From positions 73,532,001 to 73,596,000 of the forward strand of contig CM060732.1 of assembly GCA_030704615.1 (NCBI GenBank): DNA of 64,000 nucleotides, read 5' to 3'. The translations under genes and the position numbers were made by a program. Shown here piece after piece: positions 14,324 to 24,639 of this stretch. Source of the DNA: Takakia lepidozioides (Eukaryota; Plantae; Bryophyta). Positions within the stretch are counted from its first letter, which is position 1. Each line of letters begins with the position of its first letter. The notes beneath the pieces are model-generated. The model was not told the origin of the DNA. It was given only the letters and a program-made list of their open reading frames with translations, and ran no database searches.

Positions 14324-14599
14324 GTATCCTTCCCTGTATGTCTTGATAAAATTCTGAGAGGTAGGGGCCCTCAAATTTTGAGCGCGGGAATAGGGATCCG
14401 ATGTGGGGACAGATGGGCCAGGCTAGACCAGGTCAGATTGGGTCGGGCGGGCCGGATGGGAGCGGCCTCGGGGCTGAGCTGAGCTGCCAGATCCTCCGCC
14501 TTCTTCCATTCCATGCTGCGAACCCTTGCCCTAAACTGACACAATTTCCCCCATGCCGATTTCCCCTACATCTGAACGGAACCAATGAGAAACAGAAAA

Positions 14600-15987
14600 C
14601 TATTTCAACATGTATTCCAGCTGTGCACGCTCTCTCTTGCAATCTTCAAGGGTCTACCCACTCTCGGCACTAGACTGAAATTTAAACTCAGGGCAGGAAG
14701 CCTACTTTTGAACAGCAAACAGAAGCGGAGAGGAAAGGGAGAGTGCAATTGCCCGTTGTGTGGGCAATCTGAAGACAGTATTCATTTTCTGATACACTGT
14801 CCGGGGTTCTCTCACCAAAGAGACGCTCTCTTCAAATGTATCAAGGGAATTGTGCCTGTACCCCCTGTTTACCAACTTTGAAAGTCTCGAGGCTTAGCCA
14901 AAAGCCCAGGCCCTCCTGAGGCCTAGTTTTTGGGCAAATCACACACAGAAGATTGATGCTTGTGTGAAGGGATTTCTAGAGGATATCTGGAAAACCCGGA
15001 TTAATTCTATATATGAAGGTAAGTCTTACTACCAACGTCAGCCCCTGACAGAGGTAGGTTCTGTCCCTTTTGTTCCCGCTCAACTGGGCGCGGGGTCAAT
15101 GGCCACAAGGCTACGGCAAACAACGCCTTATGAGTACAATCTCTTGCAATCTTCACTGCTGGTGATGGGACGAGAAAACCCAAAATCAATCAAACGAACT
15201 CCCTGCCCTCTCTTTACAACCAAGATATTATTGCACCGGATGTCCCCATGAAGAATTCCAGATTCATGCACAACATTGAGTGCATCAAATGTCGCCTTCA
15301 CCGATTCTGGGGTCAAAGCTCCTGCAAACCGTGCATCAAACATAACAGTAAACAACTGGCCTACTACACGAACACAGTACAAGCAAGCTTGTTATGTAAC
15401 ATACCCATTCCAATTTCATGACCGTTGATGACTTCTGTTGCAATGTACACAACTTTGCCCCCCGCAGTAGTCCCATACGATACAAGCTCCGGTACACCCA
15501 GTACTTCATTCAGCTTGTAATACTTAGCACCTGGACACCTGCAACATTATTAGTAAATAATGCTTTCATTCAATCGACATTGCACAATACTTCAGAACAG
15601 GCCAATACCTTGATCTGGAAATTCAAACACTCGCATGTCGTTGGCTGCTGTATCCAAGACGTAGGCAAGTGCGCCGAGAAATTCAGGACTACCACAAGGT
15701 ATGGCATCAGATATCTGTAAGACACCCACGTTGAAACGTAGAAAATACGACAAGTCAAGTGATGATATGATTCCATAGCCCAAACCCATGTTACGCATGT
15801 ATTGAAAGATCTCGTTCACAGGCTCGACCAAAGCCCGAGATCGAGGGGAATCATCAGACGTAGAAAGGCTCTGAACTCCTGCACACAAGCTTGGACAGAT
15901 GGTTGCTTCATCTCGACATCTTGCTTCATCTTGGAGCCAACATACAAATTGGAGCCAACACAGTTGGAGCCAACATTCTTTATGCAT
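14600..15987 (-). pseudogene. Crinkler/fungal-type REase-like + protein kinase gene relic, interrupted by a LINE
   Basis: EIFQYMRNMGLGYGIISSLDLSYFLR...LQISDAI (REase-like), then YYKLNEVLGVPELVSYG...VYIATEVING, an intron, ALNVVHESGILHGDIRCNNIL...VRLIDFGFS, and after the LINE ...EDCKRERAQLEYMLK* (stop 14600-14602). In-frame stop at 15592 and no Gly-loop seen. Confidence 0.7.
14649..15139 (+). mobile_element. 5'-truncated LINE copy with 16-bp target-site duplication
   Basis: Closely matches 56110-56600 (GLPTLGTRLKFKLRAG...CPLCGQSEDSIHFLIHCPG...FLEDIWKTRIN). TSD TCTCTTGCAATCTTCA at 14633-14648 and 15140-15155. Confidence 0.93.
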
Positions 15988-16248
15988 ACCTCTTTTGCAA
16001 AACTAAATACTCTGGTTATGTCTGCATGGATTAGTTAGCCTTAGAGGCAGCAATTCTGTTTCAATTAGGCTCAATATATTAGTACAGAACTGAGCTCACT
16101 CATTTGATCACAATCATATTAGCTTGAAACCTCTCTATTGTCAAAACTTTGCATTAGTCATGAGATACTGGACAAGATGGGTTAGCCAAATACACTCCTG
16201 GGTTACGAGACTGTTTGCTTGAAGTAAATGTAACTACTGTGTCACTAG
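15964..16248 (-). repeat. Right arm of ~300-bp inverted repeat
   Basis: Reverse complement of 14019-14323. Its inner end runs into three copies of TGTTGGCTCCAA on the minus strand. Confidence 0.9.
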
Positions 16249-17329
16249 ATTGCATATTATAGACATGCACTACACTAAAACTGTGATTTAGTATCCATGA
16301 CACTATATTTCAACTATTACACTATTTAACTTGCAACAATGCAACCTCATAAACCAAACTGCCACAAACTGCCACAAACTGCCACACTTTTGTGTACAAT
16401 CAACTCTATCCCTAACTCATTGAATATCATGTAACCATCATAGACATGTCCATGTTGAAGAAGGATCAGACACAGAAGTGAGACACTGAACATAAAAGTC
16501 TCATTCAAAACACATGATTATCCAAAATAATATGAAATTATGAGGCTGAGCTTGAACCATGTGCATGCCACAGGCTGAATAATTCTGTGCAGGATGCTTG
16601 ATTCCTTCCCATTTAACCCCATTGGGTTGATCACACACCGCATGGATACACACCCTACACCGATGTAGGGTACTGTACAACACAAACTCAGATAGATTTG
16701 GCAAAATGCTGCAGCCTGCAAAGAATTTCTAAGTTACATCTGCTTACACCTGCTTACACGTCTAAGTTACATCTGCTTAAACCTTGCGGGCGCTGTGTCA
16801 GTGTTGCTTGCGAGGAAGCTCTTTCCTCTCTTTTTATGCTACTATGGAGCATATTTACTTCAAATCGGACACACTGGGCCCGTTGCGGCTGTGACTACTG
16901 ATGGCAAGATCGACTTTCGTTAACTTGGTAAAGAGTTTGGGTTGGATCCAGATTCAATCCTTCTCTGGCATTTTCAGTTTTGTTAGTTGCCTGTACCCGA
17001 CAAATCATAACCACTCAACCTATGCAAGTTCAACCTAAGTTTAGTTTGAAAACAAAAATCAAACAATTCAATTAGAGACAATTAACATGGTCTTGAGAGA
17101 TCCAAACCAGCTTCAGGCACGTGACAAATGAACATAATTTCACCTCAACGATGTGAAACAATAAAGAACAGGTATGAAATGTTATCATATTACACATGGA
17201 TTTACAGTCCTATCAACGTCCGGAAGCAACAAAGTCCGGAAGCAACAAAGTATCAACAGACCTTAAATGATTTAGAACTCCTTCCTATAATTGTGGGCCT
17301 TCCTTTTCCTGAATGGAAAATGTGTACAC

Positions 17330-20273
17330 TCACCCTTGCAGTTTAGGACAGAGTGTGCTCGTTGGCAACGCTGTTGCACCTAAAAAATCAGGACAAACAA
17401 AAATGCTCCAAATATGAGTACACCTTTAGTTGGAACCTATCCGACAAACAATAGACTGTCATTGACCACATCACCGAGCAGATTGATTGCTTTGTAAGCA
17501 CAAATGACTGATTGCCTAACTGTTTGTTAGAGCTGATATCTAGGCCTGTCATCTGGGAAACTTACAAAGGGATGTGAAGCAAGGCTGCTTGAGTGCGGGG
17601 TCTTCTTCCAGAGGTGGGGGTTGTTGCCCATATACCATCTCGCAGCTCATATCCTCAAAATCTGCATGTCAGAACATTACATTATAATCCCAACCCTTGA
17701 CACTACAACCAACCAATCATGCAGTGCTATCAAACATTTCTGTTTACCAGATGGACTGTCCATTGGTAGAGGTTTGACCACCTCATCTTGTCCGTGCTTG
17801 AACAGCTTGTAATTCTCCTCAAATAAAAAAGGTGAATCTGTAAGATACTAACTGCTTGATCACACTACATCTCCTAAATTAATCCCTCTTGGGTGACAAT
17901 GCACTTGCTCAAATGCCCACACACCCCAGTAACATATAAAGAATCACCCTTGCTAGTAAGCGACAAGTAGACATCCTGTATATAGACACGTCGATGACTT
18001 CACTCTGGTTGATTTAGTTTAAAGCTATGGCTCCTTACAGTTACACCTTGTAATCTTCTCAAGAGCAGAAATGTCCCATTTTACAGACCAAGAGAGAGAC
18101 TTGCATGAATGTAGTCTACTGAGAAACTCATGGGAATGTGCTTTACCAGACTTGCCTCAGGAACAAGGGTCACAAAACGAGGAGAACATCTGCAAGGAAA
18201 GAGGAAGTGAAGTCCTTCTGGATAGCTACAGGGAAGAACATACTGGGTGTCATCGTAAGTGGGAGGCCAAATTCTTTGGTAAAAAAGTCCTGAGTTGGGA
18301 TTTTGCACATGTTGACACACATGCCCACACATCCACTGTTCTCCAGGTACCTGATTAACCACACCCAGGTTACCCATCATCATACTCTGAGCTCTCAAGT
18401 TGATTTCTGGATCGCACCCAAAGAGAGTGTCACAACATGCAATGCATTTGGTTCAACATCAGAAGGACACCGTTTCTATAATGGCACCACTGCCACTTCT
18501 CCAATCAAATGCTCACCCTATAGGATACATGTTGCTTCCAACATGTGGCATAGAAATTTCTGGTATCTATCCGTAGCATAAAACCTACCTTCAAACTTAA
18601 ATACACAACAGACAGTTTGTTGTCAGGTGAGCCAGTTGAGAAGTACACAAACTTTAAGAGGACTTGACCCATGGAAAAGCTCTCCTCAAAGGCAGAGGAA
18701 GGAGCTAACCTGCACTTGGAGATCTTCACAGCACTTTTTTGCTTCACCCCATTCACCTCCACCTCCACCAGCTGCTTCCACCCATAAAGCTCCCAATTCA
18801 ATCCAGACTCAACTGTGTCCATATGCATTTCTTCGATCTTCAACCTTACAACTTATTTCTTTTGCAAACTCCTGCACCTACAAATGTAAGCAATTGCCAA
18901 AAAGATTTCTTCTGAGTGAAAAGCTGCATACATTTCGAACATTACTCTCCCAGCAATGGCACATAGCTTTGCACACCCAAAAATGACAAAGAACAGGCAA
19001 CTGAAGGCAAATCCACTTCTGCAAAATTGAAGGGTGCATATGGAAGTTGCTCATGGTATTGTCCAGCTACCTCACAAGGTCCAACCAGCCACTGGAAAAA
19101 TGGCACCGTGATTGCTGCATTGATTTCAGCAGACAACTTGGTTGGAGGAAATAGCTTCCGGAACTGTACAGAAGACCACGACTAACATAATTCAGATGTC
19201 GATTTTCCATTTGAAGATGGTGGCACTGACCATCTCAATAGACCAACTGACAAGCTCAAGTGACTAGCAGCGAGCAATCAAAATCTCCTTTCTTCCTGCA
19301 ACTACTAGCATACTCGTCTTGGAAGGGTGTACACAAACAGCAGCTTATGGGCCTTGTGACCCACAAAACCATCAGCTGAATAATAGCACACAGAGTAGGA
19401 GCTGAGGTACTGTTGCTGGAGCCCCAGGGGGCATGATCGACAGAAGCACTTGGCGTACAGCTGCTCTTTGCTCAGATGCTGTTCGGCCCTTCATCACGTT
19501 CTTTGATGTCTCCACCATGCCCTCATAACCATCCAACTGAGTGGATTGTCCTATGAACAAAACAGAGCCAAAATCTAGCGGTCAGTGAACCTTCCCTGAA
19601 TACAGTTTAGGTCTACTACCACTGCGTAATACGGTCTGTTCTCCAGTAGAAAACCCCGAAGAGATTAGCAGCAGAGTCTCGCAAAGCACCCAATTCTTGT
19701 CATCAGAATCAAAAGTCCTGACTCATTGTTCCCGCAGATGGAACGAAGGTGACACATTCATAGTTTCAAGCACTGCGGAAACGTATAGCGTCCCACTACA
19801 ATGCAGGCTTCATATGTTTTTAAGCCTTCATTTCCTGGAATTGGGCGCCCGAGTCCTTCAAACATGGCTGCTTCCCCACCACCGCCCCTACACTTGAAGA
19901 CCCCTACATATAAATTCCACTCTCCAACCGGAGGTACACCAAAGGAACGGGAGAAGGAGAGAGTGTGAGCTGAGTTCAAATTATAGCAAAGACGAGTGAA
20001 ATCGTGGCGAAGAGAATGCAAAAACGGAAGACGAGTTGGGAGGGTACCAGTGTATTGATCCATCTTGCGCGAGAACAGGGTTATGAAAACGTTATCAATC
20101 ACACTGTCCTTGTAGCGTGTTATCTGCCCCATGGGCGCTGGCTTCCCTGTGGGTTCGGCCAGCCCACATCGCACTGCATTGGGCCTCGCATATCGATACA
20201 ATGCAATTTGAGGCCTTCGCTTACCCGAGGAACAGATGCCCTCCCAAGGCGCTCGAACAGGCACAGCCTGCAT
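17330..20273 (-). CDS. Beta-carotene isomerase DWARF27-like protein (DUF4033), D27-like1 type, 7 exons
   Basis: [135 protein letters not shown]...[15 protein letters not shown]. Confidence 0.92.
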
Positions 20274-20565
20274 ACTTCACCTTGCAGAGCTTCACTGGCT
20301 TGGGTTTACTTAGCTGTAGTGCACGATCTGGGTTGCGCTGATATGTTTACATTGTGAAGGGCATATGGTAGCGATCACCAGCCTGCGGCCAGCATTGTGC
20401 GGTGCTAACCGTGCTGCCACGCTTTATCGATCCCCTGCCTAATTTGACTTCTAGCGTAAGACAAAACAACCATCTCGTATATCAGTGGAGGGCAGGGATA
20501 AGCTCGTGATCAAGGTATGCTTACAGAGTCCTCAGCATTTCTCTGTAGTGAGGCCTACGTTACCC
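20274..20565. promoter_or_regulatory. Bidirectional promoter region between the two D27-like genes
   Basis: Divergent ATGs at 20273 (-) and 20566 (+) are separated by only 292 bp. Confidence 0.7.
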
Positions 20566-22304
20566 ATGGCAGGACTGCACGCGTGCAGCCAAGGTGCCGC
20601 TGTGAGTCTACCGTCGTTGGGCTGCACTCCTTTGGCATCCTCTGCTGACCTTCCGAAGGCTGCGAGAAGAGATAGAAGACACATTGGTCATTTGATTCAG
20701 TGCTCAGCACACCAGACCAAAGTGGACGCTCGCGAGTCCCAAATGGCTAAGAGGAAATGCAAGGATTCTCTTTTCGACCTAATCTTCATCAATGGTTGCC
20801 GGAAGGCCTTTGGTCGAGTCGCTGGCTGGCAGGTCAATAACTTGTCTGCTCTCTGACATGCTACCATCTTCCCCTTTTTGGCTCACGAAGTTCATCTCCA
20901 CTGAAAATGCCATACAATTGTCCATATCTGTGGGCATTAGCAGTGGGAGAGTGTCAGACCATCTTCGATTGGAATTACACGATAAGTTTTTGGCAGTGGC
21001 TACAGTGTAATGATGTTGGATGCAGTCATCGCGCAGCTGGGACGAGGGGTATGAAGGTATGGTGGAAGTCTCACATGCTCTAGTAGCTAATAAGTCGGCA
21101 GCAGAACAACAGGCTGCAGTGTTGCAGGTATCACTTCTTTCTGTATGGCGCTGATCGCAGAATGCAGTGCTAATTGTGTCTAGCTGGCCACATTGATGTA
21201 AGCCCATCTTTTCTGGTGAATTCAGAATACTTAGATGCGTCTCTTGCGTGCCATCAACACTGGCTATATCGTTGCGTGTAGAGTGGGGGGTGCAGGCCAT
21301 TTACTACCACCCAACCAACCGGTCTTTTCCCATCAGAAACAGAAGCTCAACTGCTTTTGTCTTTCAAGAAGCATCTTCTTTTCTGGTGGTTCGACAATGC
21401 ATGCTAACTGTTCATTTTTTTTGTCTGATTCCTTAACATTCCCCAATTAGAGGAAAGGTTGAGAAAGCTCTTCATATTACTTTTGCATTGAGTGTCTGAA
21501 GGGCTTCCCAAAAGTGCCAGAGTGGTTCCGAACTGTTTTTCCCTACTCGGATTGGGGAGCAGAATTCAACGCTCGCATAACTCCTCTGTTTTTCTCCTGG
21601 CTAGTAGGTCCTTGTGAGGTGAGACGACTCTTCCCTTCCTCACCCTCTGTTTGTGTCATTACCACCAACCCCTCCTGCCACTGACTTGAAAGGCACAAAT
21701 GGTATAGCATCTTGTGCAGGTTGATTGTCAATGCATTCTGTGCAGTCCTACGTTATCTCCTGCTTTCTCTCATTGGTCTCTCTTGGTGGACATGCATACC
21801 CATTGTCTTGCTTACCACTCATGTATGGGGTGCCTAAGCAGGTTGCGGAGGTAACTATTGGAGACAAAGTGCTACGCTGCGGTGTTCAAATAGAAAAATG
21901 TCGCTACTTGGAAACAAGTGGGTGTACTGGGCTTTGCGTCAATTTATGCAAACTGCCTACCCAATACTTCTTCACAACTGAGCTCGGGTACACTCATCAG
22001 AAAGCTGTCCAAGAAAATCTACCATTGTTGGTTCTATCTGCCTGTATCTAAATTGGTTTATTCATGAGTTTTTCGTGCATTGGACTTTGGTATATTTCTC
22101 TTCGAGTTATGTGGTGATCGGTTGCATTGTCTGGATCTTTGCAGCATGCCATTGACAATGAAGCCAAATTTTGAAGATCTCAGTTGCCAAATGGTTTTTG
22201 GTCAGGCACCTCCACAACCTGAGGATGAGCCCGCTCTACGCCAAGGTTGCTTGAGCACATGTCCGTCATCTTGTCCTTCTTCTGTGTGCCCCAAGCTAAG
22301 CTAG
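20566..22304 (+). CDS. Second, divergent DWARF27-like protein (DUF4033), 5 exons
   Basis: [117 protein letters not shown]...CPKLS*. Confidence 0.92.
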
Positions 22305-24639
22305 AAGCTCACAGTTGGAACACATTGCATGTAAATCCATCATGTTTATACTTGTAGAAACTACGGTTTTTTCTTGCCATGATTCTAAGTTGAAGTTGGT
22401 CTTCGAGATCTCTTGAACATCACTGACCTAGAGTGTAAGTTCTGCGCTAACTGAAATAGTGGACAGATTTATTCTACAAGGCAATTGTAAATAACTTCAA
22501 GGCTTTGTTTTTCTCGTCCTTTCTCTTTCCCAGAAATTTGCAGCTTCAATTTGCTCACTATTCACAATCAGAACTGTCAGTCAGTGAGTTAGTATATGTT
22601 TTAATCAGTTGGAATGTGTTACATGTGAACATGTAATGGCCCCTTTGACACAGGGCTTGATTCTTACAAAATGTGGGACGTGTCCTCTAGGGACAAATGT
22701 AATGCCACCCATTCACTACCTCACTTGAAGGTTCTACTGAATGTTACAGTCCTTTACAATAATTCCATGGCCGACGATATGGAGAAGGGGACGTGTGAGT
22801 GGGAATCTCAGGATGGTTTGGTAAGTTATGATGAGAGCATGGGTGGAGTACAGTACTAAATGTCTTTTGTGGACTACACCAGCCATTTGTTAAGGAGGTG
22901 GGCTTCACTTACTGAGACCTTCAACATGATGACTCCGCGCTGTGTTCACAACTTTTCTCTAGGTTCTCTCAAGCACAACATTGCTCTCTGACATCTCCTC
23001 TTGCGAACCAGTTGATGCTTCCAGAGACTGGTCAAGAGGCTTATGGCAAGTGTCAGAGATTCACATTTGCAGGATGTGAAACTCTCATTTTGCAGAATGT
23101 CGTATGCATAGATTATGTGAAAAGGAAGAATGGAGGAGGTAGGGAAAGATCCAAATCTTCAGTCTTCTTTGCATCATCATCTTCTACTGATTGAAAAGTG
23201 AGTGCTGGTTTTACTGAAAAAGAATCAAAGGGTACTTGTTGATTCCTCTTGTTGGCATCCTATCCTTGCCCTCCACTGTCAAGTCATTCAATCCAAAGGC
23301 AATAGGCATCGATTTCCAGGAATCACTGGTCCTCAATTGCGGCAATTATCTCATGGATTCCAACCTTTGAGAGGAATCTACACTGCCAGTTCAGTTATTT
23401 CACTTCTACGGCTTGGCCAACAAGAAAAATCTGCTGATGCGCCTCACCGTCATCTTCTTCGTCTACTTCACAGTTCACCGTTTGAGCACCGATTGATGGA
23501 CTTCCAGGTTACTCCAAGACATAGAGCTCCACCTGCGGTAGCGCTGTTCTTTCGATTTCGATTTATATCACTAGACGAGCGAACTTGGGCACTCTATGCA
23601 GCGATCAACACACAAAGAGCTGCAAACATAAAGGACCCAATATCCTGCAGAATGCAATTCAACGCATACGCTACTTGTTCTCTTGCACGCAGAAACGCAG
23701 AAAACGCATGCTGTGATCAGAGAGCAAAATGGTGACGGAAGAGGTTGGCTATGAGACCGCGGACAGACCACGTAGTTGAAGCTAGAGAAAGAATGCATTG
23801 TGCAGGGGAGAGGCCGTCAGCTATGGAGGAAGCCATGTGATGAATGCAGCAGCAACGTGGGCTCCTGCTTTCGAGTTGTCTGTGGCTGCCACACTTGGGT
23901 TGCATTCAAAGTTGTTGTGGCATTGCTGGAAATGTCGGCCGTGTTTCCTTACGCAAGGGTGCAAAGCGGCTGGCAAGTTGTATCCAGCAGAAGCAGCAAA
24001 CAGGCGGCCTGGGGAGGCGGTGCGGGCTCATGTGTATCCCAGACTATATCGCTGGAAGGACGGTCAGCTAAGGAGCAAAAGGTTGTAGAGGCATTGACGG
24101 GGGCCATACAGCAACTCCGCAATGGGACTCGTGTATGTGGCCTATGTCCATCAGGCAATCCGTAATCTCTAGACGGGTCATGTCGCAGACATCTGAATTG
24201 CAGGTGTCTGTCGGGTTGGGTCAGTTGAGAGTGGCATGTCTTCCTTCATTAACTCACACTTTGAAGGGCGTAGCTAATATCGGGATCACAGTGAATTGGG
24301 CTCGTCCCAGATTGGGACTTTGCCTGCATTACATTACAGCAGGAATTCCGTGGCATGCTGAATTTGGGAAGAGCGTTAACGCAGTCCCTACCCATCGTTT
24401 CCAGCGGACAGCATTAAGTTGCATTGTGTTACGTTGCATTATTGAAGTCATCGTCAACCAACTTCCAGTATCTCGACTACAATCAGGACGGATGAGTTCA
24501 CAGCAACACACAGTTCGCATTGAATGTTTTAACCTTTGTGAACGTGTCTATCTGCACTTGAATACCCGGCATGACTGCGCCATTTCGTAGACTGAGAGGT
24601 GGAAAGAAGAAAACGCTTAAATATGTGTAGTGAAGGAAA

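Noticed and set aside
14019-16248. Confident Mutator/Pack-MULE call
   Set aside because: No 8-11-bp TSD outside the arms and no recognisable MULE terminus. Kept only as an inverted repeat.
23202-24165. ORFs 23202..23735 and 23776..24165 as independent genes
   Set aside because: No recognisable domain. The latter may be a decayed first exon of the LRR-UDG gene, but the frame could not be joined.
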